A stretch of DNA of 64,000 nt from Christensenellaceae bacterium (GTDB taxonomy: Bacteria; Bacillota; Clostridia; Christensenellales; Borkfalkiaceae). Each line of letters begins with the position of its first letter. Within the stretch, counting starts at the first letter, position 1. The position numbers and the translations under genes are program-made. A model generated the notes under the pieces. It was not told where the DNA came from and ran no database searches. It was given only the letters and a program-made list of their open reading frames with translations. The stretch is taken from assembly GCA_045637285.1 (NCBI GenBank), contig JAZTZE010000010.1, positions 9,249 through 73,248 on the forward strand, given 5' to 3'. Positions 50,641 to 61,812 of the stretch are shown piece by piece.

Positions 50641-51273
50641 ATGTCGTTTTTCTGTAATTTTCAATCGGATAGATGTCCCGGGCAAATAAACGGAAATCCG
50701 TTAAACGGCTTGTGTGAAAAAGTTTGTGTGCAAGCAAAAAAGGTGTTTGACGCGTGCATGCAACAAACTCAGCTTAACAACGTAGTATTAAACGTCACTA
50801 ATTTAACGCCAGCAAATCCTACATATCCGTTAACGTTTATAAGTGCCAAAAGCACTGCTTCACAAGGAGTAATAAGCAATCTTATTATAGAACCACTTGC
50901 GGAAAGACCAAACTGTGCAAGAGTAAAAACAGACGTTATTATTCCCGTTTCGGTTGCTTATACCGACGCTAACGGCGTTGAAGGAGTTGGTACTGCTACA
51001 GTTACGGTCACTAAAGACGTTATATTAAACGTTCCGTCTGCTTCAATCATGCCATATAGTGTAGAATCAGTTGTTTCACTTGTTTCGACGTTGGGTGCAT
51101 ACAACACGGGAAATCAATTCACTATTGACGCTTGTGTTTCCATAATATTAAAAATCGTTATGGAAGTTGAATTGCTTATTCCATCTTACGGATATGCAGC
51201 AATTCCACCTTGCCAAGACTACACGCAAGAAGTATGCGCGGGATTTTTCGAGCTTCCAATGTATCCTGATTGA
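50641..51273 (+). CDS. Cys-rich hypothetical protein (monocistronic), no family recognised
   Basis: 210 aa. AAAGGAGG RBS. N-terminal CNF..C..C..C..C cluster, beta-rich middle, C-terminal PPCQDYTQEVC. Confidence 0.6.
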   Translation: MSFFCNFQSDRCPGQINGNPLNGLCEKVCVQAKKVFDACMQQTQLNNVVLNVTNLTPANPTYPLTFISAKSTASQGVISNLIIEPLAERPNCARVKTDVIIPVSVAYTDANGVEGVGTATVTVTKDVILNVPSASIMPYSVESVVSLVSTLGAYNTGNQFTIDACVSIILKIVMEVELLIPSYGYAAIPPCQDYTQEVCAGFFELPMYPD

Positions 51274-51289
51274 TAAAGTTTAATATTAA

Positions 51290-51317
51290 GAGCGTGAGCT
51301 TTCTCACGCTTTTTTTA
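51290..51317 (+). terminator. Intrinsic terminator
   Basis: AGCGTGAG-cttt-CTCACGCT followed by seven T. Confidence 0.75.
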
Positions 51318-51371
51318 TTTTGTTGTAAAAATTTGCTTGAACAAAAGTGTTAGTTGTGTTATTATAATTTT

Positions 51372-52070
51372 ATGAAAATTTATGCAATAAGCGATTTGCA
51401 CATGTCAACGAATACCGACAAGCCAATGGATGTTTTTGGTGGGAATTGGGTTGGTCACGTTGATAAAATTAAAACCGATTGGCAAAACAAGGTTACGGAT
51501 AACGATTTGGTTTTAATTGGTGGCGATATCAGCTGGGCAATGAATATTGCCGACGCAAAACTTGATATAGACAGCCTTGCTCATTTAGGTGGTAAAAAAA
51601 TCATGATAAAAGGCAACCACGACTATTGGTGGAGCGGGATTGGCAAGGTGAGGGACATTCTCCCACAAAACTTTTTCGCGCTTCAAAACGATAGTATTCG
51701 GTTTGACGGTGTGGTTGTTTGCGGTTCGCGTTGTTGGAGTGTGCCGGGAAGTCCTGACTTTACAGAGCAAGACAAAAAACTGTACTTAAGAGAGCAAGAA
51801 AGGTTAAGGCTATCGTTAAAAAGTGCAAAAAATCTTATGCAAGAAGGGGATAAATTAATTGCACTCGTGCACTTTCCGCCTTTTAACGTGCAAAGAGAAA
51901 GTTCAGCATTTACTGAAATTTTTGAACAGTTTGGGGTGCATAGCGTCGTTTACGGGCATTTGCATGGGAAGAACGTTAGGGCGGATAAGCTCGTTGTAAA
52001 AAACGGCATTAACTATTACTTAACAAGCTGTGACCAAGTTGACAATAAGTTGATTGAAATTGAAATATAA
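51372..52070 (+). CDS. Metallophosphoesterase family protein
   Basis: MKIYAISDLHMS, GGDISW, KGNHDYWW, VHFPP and GHLHG. Confidence 0.8.
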   Translation: MKIYAISDLHMSTNTDKPMDVFGGNWVGHVDKIKTDWQNKVTDNDLVLIGGDISWAMNIADAKLDIDSLAHLGGKKIMIKGNHDYWWSGIGKVRDILPQNFFALQNDSIRFDGVVVCGSRCWSVPGSPDFTEQDKKLYLREQERLRLSLKSAKNLMQEGDKLIALVHFPPFNVQRESSAFTEIFEQFGVHSVVYGHLHGKNVRADKLVVKNGINYYLTSCDQVDNKLIEIEI

Positions 52071-52098
52071 AAAAACGCAAAATATTTGCGTTTTTTTG
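52071..52098 (+). terminator. Intrinsic terminator
   Basis: AAACGCAAA-atat-TTGCGTTT followed by T-run. Confidence 0.7.
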
Positions 52099-52129
52099 TG
52101 TTTTTAGGAATAAAAAATTTAAAAAACTA

Positions 52130-52158
52130 TTGCAAACCGCGTTTGTAGATGGTATAAT
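52130..52158 (+). promoter_or_regulatory. Promoter TTGCAA-17-TATAAT (TG-extended)
   Basis: TTGCAAaccgcgtttgtagaTGgTATAAT. Confidence 0.6.
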
Positions 52159-52190
52159 AAAAATATAAAATTTAACTTAGGAGAGTTTAT

Positions 52191-52889
52191 ATGAAATTGT
52201 TTAAGAAAGCATTATCTTTATTTGTGATGACTTGCTTAATTACTGCATGCGTGGTTTCAATGACGGCATGTTTTGGCGGTAAAAGCGACTTCCAAAAGAT
52301 GTTTGATGATTTGGGCACGAACTTCTGCTTTGCAGGCGGAGAAGGTGTAGATGAAATTGACCTTATGGTTGATGAAGACGGATTGAAGTTAATCGTTGGT
52401 GGCGGAGAAGGCTGGCAACCGCTTGGCGACAATACTTATACTAATACTATGTACATTAAGAAAACTGCAAACGGTTATGCAAGATATAAGAGAATAGCAA
52501 GAGTTTACGGTAGTAGCGTTGTTCAAACCAATGAATATACTCCAGCTGAAGCCGTTAGCGAAGCTGAATATAAGCAAATAATAAAGAATGCACTTCTTGT
52601 TTATCTTATGCCTTTAGCAGATTATGAAAATAATTTTGTGTTGAAAGAAGAAATTGAAGAACACAACACTCAAATTTATTACGCAGACCAATTCTCAACC
52701 GCTAAGTTCAAAGTTGACGGTATAGAATATACTAATACTTATTCTGATATTGGACTGAACGTTGTTGATGGTAAATTAGCTCACGTTAGTTATATCTTAA
52801 CGGTTGCTGGACCTGAAAGAAGTTCTACTGGTTCGTATTATTACGATAGAAATAGTGGAAGCTTTGATTTCCCGTCACAATTAAATTAA
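52191..52889 (+). CDS. Putative lipoprotein, function unknown
   Basis: Signal peptide with lipobox-like SMTAC. 232 aa. AGGAG RBS. Confidence 0.6.
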   Translation: MKLFKKALSLFVMTCLITACVVSMTACFGGKSDFQKMFDDLGTNFCFAGGEGVDEIDLMVDEDGLKLIVGGGEGWQPLGDNTYTNTMYIKKTANGYARYKRIARVYGSSVVQTNEYTPAEAVSEAEYKQIIKNALLVYLMPLADYENNFVLKEEIEEHNTQIYYADQFSTAKFKVDGIEYTNTYSDIGLNVVDGKLAHVSYILTVAGPERSSTGSYYYDRNSGSFDFPSQLN

Positions 52890-52908
52890 TTCATTAAAAT
52901 AAGAACAA

Positions 52909-52942
52909 AAAGCCTTTGCTTATAGCAAGGGCTTTTCGTTTT
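52909..52942 (+). terminator. Intrinsic terminator
   Basis: AAAGCCTTTGCT-tata-AGCAAGGGCTTT followed by TCGTTTT. Confidence 0.7.
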
Positions 52943-53017
52943 GTATTCAAATATTATACGTTTGGTTTAAATTTTTCAAAAAGGGCATAAAATATATAAA
53001 AAACACAGGAGAATTTT

Positions 53018-53281
53018 ATGCAAAATCAAACCATATCAGAGCAACAATTAACACTTGATGCAAGAAGTAAACTCAGTATGACTGGGGTAGATGCGGTAGA
53101 CGGCTTTTCAGACAGTTATTTGCATTTAACCGTTCTTGGCGGAAAAGTGCAAATCATAGGCGAAAATATTAAAATTTCAGCTTATAATAAAGATAGTAAA
53201 AAACTGAGTGCCGAAGGTAAATTCAATCAAATTAAATATGGGAATGCTAAAACGCCACTCGTAAAAAGGCTTTTTAAATAA
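53018..53281 (+). CDS. yabP: Sporulation protein YabP
   Basis: 87 aa. ...LTLDARSKLSMTGVDAVDGFSD..LHL.T.GG.VQIIGENIKI... pattern, followed by a yabQ-like gene. Confidence 0.75.
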   Translation: MQNQTISEQQLTLDARSKLSMTGVDAVDGFSDSYLHLTVLGGKVQIIGENIKISAYNKDSKKLSAEGKFNQIKYGNAKTPLVKRLFK

Positions 53282-53736
53282 TGTTCGTAACAAAAAACCA
53301 ATTCTACGTGTTTGTTGCTTGTTTAGCGTTCGGTGTGATTTGCGGGGTGTTGTTAAGCCTATCTCGATTGGTGGTGTTTTTTATTAAAAACAGATATGTA
53401 AGCAAAATCCCTTGTCTTTTTGCATGGGTTGTTTCGGCCGTGCTTTTTTCGTTTTATTCGCACTATATGAATTTTCCCAACTTAAGAGCTTATATGATAT
53501 TTGGTGTTATGGCTTCAGTGTTTGTATATTTTAAAAGTTTTCATATAATACTTGCAAAATTTGCGAAAAAGTTATATAATAAATACGCAGAATACAAGTG
53601 CAAAAATAGGAAGACGAAAGATGACCGAAGCAAAGTTCAAAAGAGTTATAGTTGCAACGACCGTGGGGGCAGTGCTTTTAATGGCAGTGCTGATTTTAGT
53701 GATGGTTTTTCAACTCATATCCATAAAAGTTCATAA
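53281..53736 (+). CDS. yabQ: Spore cortex protein YabQ-like membrane protein
   Basis: Three or four TM helices. Start overlaps the yabP stop (TAATG). The 3' tail overlaps the next gene out of frame. Confidence 0.6.
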   Translation: MFVTKNQFYVFVACLAFGVICGVLLSLSRLVVFFIKNRYVSKIPCLFAWVVSAVLFSFYSHYMNFPNLRAYMIFGVMASVFVYFKSFHIILAKFAKKLYNKYAEYKCKNRKTKDDRSKVQKSYSCNDRGGSAFNGSADFSDGFSTHIHKSS

Positions 53737-53890
53737 TGATGAAATTGCCGTTCTTGAGCAAAAAATTGCTTACTATACCGAGCTTAACAAAACTGGGGAA
53801 AGAACGCTTGAAGAACGTCAATTAGAGCGTTGGATAAAAATTCGCGCCCAAGAAATCGGCTACGTTGATTTGCCTGAAAACCTTAAATAA
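53621..53890 (+). CDS. divIC: Septum formation initiator DivIC/FtsB-like
   Basis: MTEAKFKRVIVATTVGAVLLMAVLILVMVFQL (TM) plus a coiled-coil. AGGAAG RBS. yabP-yabQ-divIC order as in Bacillus. Confidence 0.65.
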   Translation: MTEAKFKRVIVATTVGAVLLMAVLILVMVFQLISIKVHNDEIAVLEQKIAYYTELNKTGERTLEERQLERWIKIRAQEIGYVDLPENLK

Positions 53891-53895
53891 ATCCT

Positions 53896-54756
53896 ATGAA
53901 AATCGGTGTTATAGATATTGGCTCTAACTCGGTCAGATTGATGCTGGCTGAAGATGGAAAAACTTTATATAAAAGTGTTAAGACGACGCGATTAGCGGAA
54001 GGAATGGGGAATGACTTGTCTTTAAAGTCAGACCCTATTGAGCGTACCGCTCACGCCGTCTCTTTTTTTAAGCAACAGGTTATCAGTGATGGTGCACAAG
54101 TTGTTTATGCTTTTGCAACTGCTTCGGTAAGACAAGCACGCAACGCAACCGAATTTTTGGATAGAGTGAAACAACTTTGCGGGCTTGAAATTGAAGTGAT
54201 TTCAGGTCAAGATGAAGCCACGCTTGGTGCAAGAGGTGCTCTTAACGGAAGAGACGGTGCTATTATTGACGTGGGCGGTGCGAGTACGGAAATTTCCGTT
54301 GTAAAAAACGGGCAGATGGTTTACTGTAAGAGCATCGACTTAGGTGTGGTAAAAATTAAAGATGCAGTCGGGCAAGACTACTTTGCTGTTAAAAATTTTG
54401 TAGGGCAAAAAATTTTGCAGTTTGGTGACGTGCCTATATCAAAATTTTACGGAATAGGCGGAACTGCAACAAGTATTGCCGGCATTTTGTTAGAATTAGA
54501 GCCTTACGATAGAGATAGGGTTCACGGTTTTGAAATTGGGATAGACCAAATTGAACAGCTTAATCAAAAACTTTTCAAGATGACTGAAGAACAAAAGAGA
54601 AAGTTAAAAGGCTTGCAACCTGAGCGCGCTTGCGTTATTGCGGGCGGATGTGCGGTGATTTTGGCTATACTTAAAAAAGTGGGGGCGAACTCGCTAACAA
54701 TTAGTGAGAATGATAATCTTGAAGGTTATCTATTGCGCAAATTGGAGACTAAATGA
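53896..54756 (+). CDS. Ppx/GppA-family phosphatase (N-terminal actin-like domains only)
   Basis: MKIGVIDIGSNSVRLM..., ...IDVGGASTE... and ...GIGGTATS. Confidence 0.8.
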   Translation: MKIGVIDIGSNSVRLMLAEDGKTLYKSVKTTRLAEGMGNDLSLKSDPIERTAHAVSFFKQQVISDGAQVVYAFATASVRQARNATEFLDRVKQLCGLEIEVISGQDEATLGARGALNGRDGAIIDVGGASTEISVVKNGQMVYCKSIDLGVVKIKDAVGQDYFAVKNFVGQKILQFGDVPISKFYGIGGTATSIAGILLELEPYDRDRVHGFEIGIDQIEQLNQKLFKMTEEQKRKLKGLQPERACVIAGGCAVILAILKKVGANSLTISENDNLEGYLLRKLETK

Positions 54757-55856
54757 GCAGAAAGATTAAATTTTTAAGCTTTATATTACCATTGGTTTTT
54801 ACCTTAGGTGCATTATTTTTGGTCGTGTATGCATGTTCGGTTAGATACGTTATGAACATGGGGGAAACAATGGTTAAATTCCTGACTGGAGCTATTGTTG
54901 CGGGGTTTTTACACGCGTTGTTTCACGAGTTAGGGCATTACTATTCGGGCAAGAAAAACGGGTTTGTTTTATCTGAAATGGTAATTTGGTTTTTCAGATG
55001 GAAAAAACTGGGGAAAAGGACCGTGTTTAACCTTGTTATGTTGGGCAACGAAGCTGGTTACACCCAGATGATTCCTACGGACGAAAATTTAGTTGAACAA
55101 GGATTAAAGTCAATGACTCGTGGCGGGTTGATTGCATCGGCTATTTTGATGCTTTTAGGCATTGTTCCCTTGTTTGTTTTTGGTGTTTCTTCGTGGGGTT
55201 ATTGTATTGCTGTTATGCTTTTTCCGATTGGCGTTTATTATTTTCTTGGCAATGCTATCCCAAAAGAAAGTTATGGCGTTAGAAACGATGGGGCGGTGTT
55301 GTTTGGTATAAAAAAAGTTGACGACCAAACGAAAGTGCTTTTTAGCTTGCTAAAAATTCAAGCGTTTTTATATAAAGGCAAAACTCCGTCTGAAATTGAT
55401 AAAAAATACTACTTCGAGCTTCCACAACTTGCAGAAGACAATCTAACATTTATAATGCTATTATCCGCGCGTTATTCATACTACCTTGATAAAGGCGATT
55501 ACGATAACGCCAAAAAAATTACAGAAAGATTGCTTTCGCTTGAAGATTATCTTTCTAAAGAAAACAGCTTTATGGTTAATGCGGATTTGCTTTACAAATG
55601 TTGCACGTTTGACTATAACGAAAATAAAGCAGACGAGCTTATGGAAGACCTTGAAGGTTTTTTAAACGGAGTGAATACAGCAACTAACATTCGCATCAAG
55701 TTGGCGTATTTAGTTTACGTCGTTAAAGACGGTCAGGGTGTTGAATATATTTTTGAGAAAGGTATTAAAGAAGCCAAGAAAAACCAACTTAAGGGTTTGG
55801 GGCTTATGGAGCAAAAACTTTTAACTAAAATTAAAGAAGACGGACAAAATCTCTAA
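54753..55856 (+). CDS. Membrane zinc metalloprotease, site-2-protease (M50)-like, with a C-terminal helical-repeat domain
   Basis: HELGH inside a TM helix. Second motif GNAIP...NDG in a later TM region. About 170 aa of alpha-helical tail. Confidence 0.5.
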   Translation: MSRKIKFLSFILPLVFTLGALFLVVYACSVRYVMNMGETMVKFLTGAIVAGFLHALFHELGHYYSGKKNGFVLSEMVIWFFRWKKLGKRTVFNLVMLGNEAGYTQMIPTDENLVEQGLKSMTRGGLIASAILMLLGIVPLFVFGVSSWGYCIAVMLFPIGVYYFLGNAIPKESYGVRNDGAVLFGIKKVDDQTKVLFSLLKIQAFLYKGKTPSEIDKKYYFELPQLAEDNLTFIMLLSARYSYYLDKGDYDNAKKITERLLSLEDYLSKENSFMVNADLLYKCCTFDYNENKADELMEDLEGFLNGVNTATNIRIKLAYLVYVVKDGQGVEYIFEKGIKEAKKNQLKGLGLMEQKLLTKIKEDGQNL

Positions 55857-56563
55857 TGAAAAACCCCTTTTACGCATTAAATAAAAAGGACTGGACATTA
55901 TATTTAATTTCACTATTTATAGTTGTAACTTGCAACCTTGTTGGACAAATAAAAGTAATTAATTTAGTTTCGACCACGGTTGGCGTAACTGCATTAATTT
56001 TTATTGCAAAGGGCAACGCGTGGGGGCAAGTATGTAGTGTTGCTTTTTGTTTTTTATATTCAATTCAATCTTATTTTGAACGCTATTATGGTGAAATTAT
56101 TATAAGCATGGTTATGACCTTGCCGTTGGCGTTATTTTCAATATTTACTTGGCTTAAAAACCCTTATAAAAAGGGCGAAAACGTTGTAAAAATCAGGATA
56201 TTGTCGTTAAAAGAAAAAGTATTACTTTTCTTTTTGGCAATAGCTGTTTCGATAGTGTTTTACTTTATTTTAATGGCGTTAAATACTGAAAGTTTAATCG
56301 TTAGCACGGTGTCGGTGTTTACTAGTTTTATTGCGTCTTATCTTTTGTTAAGAAGAAATTCCTTTTACGCCGTTGCTTATATGTTTAATGACGTAGTTTT
56401 GATAACTCTTTGGACGATTGCAACCGTAAAACAAATATCAAACCTTTCCATTTTATCTTGCTTTTTAACTTTTTTCTTTAACGATCTTTACGCGTTTATC
56501 AAATGGCGAATAAGAGAGAAAGAGCAAGGATTGAAAAGGACAAAACAACCTAATAAAAAATAA
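55856..56563 (+). CDS. pnuC: Nicotinamide riboside transporter PnuC family
   Basis: 235 aa, about 7 TM helices, with ...IAKGNAWGQ..., ...YYGE... and W-rich motifs ...FTWLKNPY.. and FNDLYAFIKW. Confidence 0.6.
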   Translation: MKNPFYALNKKDWTLYLISLFIVVTCNLVGQIKVINLVSTTVGVTALIFIAKGNAWGQVCSVAFCFLYSIQSYFERYYGEIIISMVMTLPLALFSIFTWLKNPYKKGENVVKIRILSLKEKVLLFFLAIAVSIVFYFILMALNTESLIVSTVSVFTSFIASYLLLRRNSFYAVAYMFNDVVLITLWTIATVKQISNLSILSCFLTFFFNDLYAFIKWRIREKEQGLKRTKQPNKK

Positions 56564-56592
56564 GAGTCGATCAAGTGATCGGCTCTTTTTTT
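56563..56592. terminator. Bidirectional terminator between pnuC and the small zinc-ribbon gene
   Basis: AGAGTCGATC-aagt-GATCGGCTCT followed by T-run. Confidence 0.7.
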
Positions 56593-56746
56593 ATAAATCG
56601 TCAGTCGGTTCTAAATCATAATAGCAAACGGGACAAATTTTTAAGGTGTTTATTGCGCAATCGGTGCAATATCTTGCCCCGCAATTTCTGCACCCAAGGG
56701 CGTAACCCAGTGCAAAATCATTCGAGCAGTTTTTACATTTTGACAT
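56591..56746 (-). CDS. Small 4xCxxC zinc-ribbon protein (51 aa, below the ORF-track cutoff)
   Basis: Hand translation gives MSKCKNCSNDFALGYALGCRNCGARYCTDCAINTLKICPVCYYDLEPTDDL. AAGGAG RBS 7 nt upstream. Confidence 0.65.
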   Translation of the reverse strand: MSKCKNCSNDFALGYALGCRNCGARYCTDCAINTLKICPVCYYDLEPTDDL

Positions 56747-56879
56747 AATTTTCTCCTTATAAATGCAAAAATAGTGTGTGTATGTTCACTAAAAATATAC
56801 GTTGAAAGCACAATAAACGAAAAAGTTGTAAATTTTGCTTTCTTAAAACTATTTATAGTTTTAATATTTACAAAAACAC

Positions 56880-56908
56880 TTGTAAAAAAAATTAAAATAT
56901 GGTATAAT
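56880..56908 (+). promoter_or_regulatory. gyrBA promoter TTGTAA-17-TATAAT (TG-extended)
   Basis: TTGTAAaaaaaattaaaataTGgTATAAT. Confidence 0.6.
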
Positions 56909-56926
56909 TTAATCATAAAAAAATAA

Positions 56927-58855
<1,929 letters not shown>

Positions 58856-58873
58856 TAAGGGGAGAAAATATTT

Positions 58874-61381
58874 ATGGCAAAGAAAGATATTAGCAGTGAA
58901 CTTTCTGCGGAATTTAGAGAAACTCTAGAAAAAACAAAACTTATAAACGTTGAAGTTAACAACGAAGTAAAAAAATCGTTCATTGCATACGCAATGGCGG
59001 TTAACGTTTCGCGTGCTATTCCTGACGTGCGCGACGGTATGAAACCCGTTCATAGACGTATTTTATACGCAATGCACGATATGGGGCTAACTAGCGAAAA
59101 ACCTTTTAAAAAGTGCGCAAAAATCGTCGGTGAAGTTTTAGGTAAATATCACCCGCATGGTGACAGTTCGGTTTACGATGCGCTCGTTCGTTTAGCGCAA
59201 AACTTCTCAATCAATTTCCCACTCGTTGACGGGCACGGAAACTTCGGTTCAGTTGACGGTGACCCCGCGGCTGCGTATAGATACACCGAAGCTCGTTTGT
59301 CAAAGCTTTCAAACGAAATGTTGAAAGAAATTGATAAAAACACCGTTGATTTCTATCCTAACTTTGACGATACTGAAATGCAACCGGTAGTTCTTCCTTC
59401 AAGAATTCCTAACATTTTGGTTAACGGTGCTGACGGCATCGCAGTAGGTATGGCAACAAATATTCCACCGCACAACCTTTCCGAATGTCTTCAGGGTTGT
59501 ATTGCATTGATGGAGAACCCCGATATTACCGTAGAAGAGCTTATGGAATACATTCCTGCGCCTGACTATCCAACTGGTGGCGTTTTAATGGGCAGAGCGG
59601 GCATTAAACAAGCTTATCGAACTGGTAAAGGCGGTTTCGTTCTTCGCGCTAAATGCGATATTGAAGAATTTAACAATGGCACTCGTGAAAGAATAGTTGT
59701 TACAGAGCTTCCTTATCAAGTAAATAAGGCAATGCTTATTAAGCATATTGCGGATTTAGTAAAAGACAAGAGAATTGAAGGTATTAGTGATATTAAGGAC
59801 GAATCTGATAGACACGGTATGCGCATGGTTATCGACCTTAAGAAAGATGCTAACGCTCAAGTTGTTCTCAATACGCTTTACAAGCACACGAACTTACAGG
59901 TTAAAGACGGAATAATTTTACTTGCGCTTGTTGATGGTGAACCTAAGGTTTTAGGCTTAAAAGAAATTTTAGAAAAATATATTGCTCACCAAGAAGAAGT
60001 TATAGTAAGACGTACGAGATACGACCTTGCTAAAACGGAAGAACGCGAACACATTGTTAAAGGCTTGGTTATCGCACTAGCGAATATTGACAAGGTTATT
60101 GAAATAATTCGTAGTTCGAGTGATAAAAATTCAGCATGTGAAGCACTTATTAGTGAGTTTGTTCTATCAGACAAGCAAGCGAATGCAATTTTGGAAATGA
60201 GATTGCAACGCTTAACTAGCATGGAAGTTGAAAAACTGAAAGAAGAACTTGTTGAGCTTGACAAGATTATTGCAGATCTAAAGGATATTCTTGCTAACGA
60301 AAGCAGAGTTAAAGCAATAATTAGAAGCGACATGGAAGAAATTAAGAAAAAATATCCTTCGCCAAGAAAAACTGAAATATCTTTCGACGTTGGAAATATC
60401 GAAGATGCTGACCTTATCCCAGTTGAAGACGTTGTGGTAAGTTTAACTCACTTTGGATACGTTAAGCGTGTTCCTGTTGCAGAGTATAGAACTCAACGCC
60501 GTGGTGGTAAGGGTGTTACCGCGCATAAGCCCAAGGAAGAAGACTTCGTTGACAATATGTTCGTTACGTCCACTCACGACGATATATTGTTCTTCACCGA
60601 TAAAGGTAAAGTTTACAGCATGAAAGGCTTCATGATTCCCGAAGGTCAAAGAACGGCAAGGGGCAGAGCGATCGTTAACTTATTGCAACTTGGTGAAAAC
60701 GAAAAAGTTCGTGCAATGATACCGCTCAAAGAAGGCACGGAAGGCTATATCGTTATGGCTACTAAAGGCGGATTAATAAAGAAGACTGCGCTTACTGAAT
60801 TTGCAAGCATTAGAAAGGTTGGTAAGATTGCTATTAACATAGTTGAAGGTGATGAACTTATTTCAGTTCAATTATCAACTGGTGAAAATGAAATCATAAT
60901 TGCTTCTAAAGAAGGTAAATGTATTAGATTTAATGAAAGCGACGTTCGTCCTATGGGTAGAGATACACAAGGCGTTAAGAGTATGACGCTTAACAAGGGT
61001 GACTACGTTGTGGATATGTCTGTAATCAAAGAAGGCTGTGAAGTTATTACTATGACTGAAAACGGCTATGGCAAACGTTCAAGCGTTGAAGATTACAGAA
61101 TGCAATCGCGTGGTGGAAAGGGTGTAAAAGCGGGCACGTTCAACGCTAAGACGGGCAAACTTGCAAGCTTAAAACTTATTTCTAATGACGAAGATATAAT
61201 GATTATAACCAGCAATGGAACGATTATTAGAGTTGCAGCATCAGACATTAGTACTATCGGCAGAGATACTCAAGGCGTAAGAATTATGAGAATTGACGAC
61301 TCAACCGTAAGTAAAATAGCAATTTCACCTAAGAGTGAAGACGATGATGGCGACGGCGAAGGTTCGGAAGTAAAAGAATAA
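58874..61381 (+). CDS. gyrA: DNA gyrase subunit A
   Basis: [46 protein letters not shown], GyrA-box beta-pinwheel repeats and an acidic tail. Confidence 0.98.
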   Translation: MAKKDISSELSAEFRETLEKTKLINVEVNNEVKKSFIAYAMAVNVSRAIPDVRDGMKPVHRRILYAMHDMGLTSEKPFKKCAKIVGEVLGKYHPHGDSSVYDALVRLAQNFSINFPLVDGHGNFGSVDGDPAAAYRYTEARLSKLSNEMLKEIDKNTVDFYPNFDDTEMQPVVLPSRIPNILVNGADGIAVGMATNIPPHNLSECLQGCIALMENPDITVEELMEYIPAPDYPTGGVLMGRAGIKQAYRTGKGGFVLRAKCDIEEFNNGTRERIVVTELPYQVNKAMLIKHIADLVKDKRIEGISDIKDESDRHGMRMVIDLKKDANAQVVLNTLYKHTNLQVKDGIILLALVDGEPKVLGLKEILEKYIAHQEEVIVRRTRYDLAKTEEREHIVKGLVIALANIDKVIEIIRSSSDKNSACEALISEFVLSDKQANAILEMRLQRLTSMEVEKLKEELVELDKIIADLKDILANESRVKAIIRSDMEEIKKKYPSPRKTEISFDVGNIEDADLIPVEDVVVSLTHFGYVKRVPVAEYRTQRRGGKGVTAHKPKEEDFVDNMFVTSTHDDILFFTDKGKVYSMKGFMIPEGQRTARGRAIVNLLQLGENEKVRAMIPLKEGTEGYIVMATKGGLIKKTALTEFASIRKVGKIAINIVEGDELISVQLSTGENEIIIASKEGKCIRFNESDVRPMGRDTQGVKSMTLNKGDYVVDMSVIKEGCEVITMTENGYGKRSSVEDYRMQSRGGKGVKAGTFNAKTGKLASLKLISNDEDIMIITSNGTIIRVAASDISTIGRDTQGVRIMRIDDSTVSKIAISPKSEDDDGDGEGSEVKE

Positions 61382-61394
61382 TTTTGAATAAAGT

Positions 61395-61428
61395 AAAAGT
61401 GAGGCAAAAATTTGCCTCACTTTTACTT
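61395..61428 (+). terminator. gyrA intrinsic terminator
   Basis: AAAAGTGAGGCA-aaaatt-TGCCTCACTTTT. Confidence 0.8.
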
Positions 61429-61505
61429 TACATTGCTGATAAAAAGAGTTTTTTAAATAAAAACTTGTAAATTAAAAATTTTTTTCAATTAAATGCTATT
61501 TTGGT

Positions 61506-61534
61506 TTGACAAACTCATATTTATTTTATATAAT
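61506..61534 (+). promoter_or_regulatory. Consensus promoter TTGACA-17-TATAAT for tRNA-Thr
   Basis: TTGACA at 61506-61511 and TATAAT at 61529-61534. Confidence 0.65.
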
Positions 61535-61572
61535 AAATAAGCATTTTAGATAAACGCGTTAAACTGATGTGT

Positions 61573-61648
61573 GCTGATATGGCTCAGATGGTAGAGCACA
61601 TCCTTGGTAAGGATGAGGTCACCGGTTCGATTCCGGTTATCAGCTCCA
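61573..61648 (+). tRNA. tRNA-Thr (anticodon GGU), discriminator U, CCA encoded
   Basis: GCTGATATGGCTCAGATGGTAGAGCACATCCTTGGTAAGGATGAGGTCACCGGTTCGATTCCGGTTATCAGCTCCA folds as a canonical cloverleaf. Confidence 0.93.
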
Positions 61649-61651
61649 TAA

Positions 61652-61682
61652 AAACTCTTTGTGAAAGCAAAGAGTTTTTTTA
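61652..61682 (+). terminator. tRNA-Thr terminator
   Basis: ACTCTTTG-tgaaag-CAAAGAGT followed by seven T. Confidence 0.75.
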
Positions 61683-61782
61683 TTTCTAATTATAAAAAAG
61701 CAATACGGTTGCGTTTTTTTGTTACTAAGTAACAAAAAAGAAACTTTTTTATTAGTTAGTGTATATATAATTTAAAATATCG

Positions 61783-61812
61783 TTGACAAAAGTGGTGTAG
61801 CAAGAGTATAAT
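61783..61812 (+). promoter_or_regulatory. Promoter TTGACA-18-TATAAT upstream of the ECF S-component gene
   Basis: TTGACA at 61783-61788 and TATAAT at 61807-61812. The -10 lies inside the first copy of a 20-bp tandem repeat. Confidence 0.5.

Noticed and set aside
56650-56916. 88-aa minus-strand ORF from the ORF track
   Set aside because: It is AT-rich and low-complexity, has no RBS, and spans the gyrB promoter region. The overlapping 51-aa 4xCxxC frame with an AAGGAG RBS explains the coding signal better.
61715-61739. AT-rich 11-bp inverted repeat TTTTTTGTTAC-taa-GTAACAAAAAA
   Set aside because: The stem is almost pure A/T, so it is thermodynamically weak and likely to occur by chance in AT-rich spacers. 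It could at most be a minor secondary terminator after tRNA-Thr.
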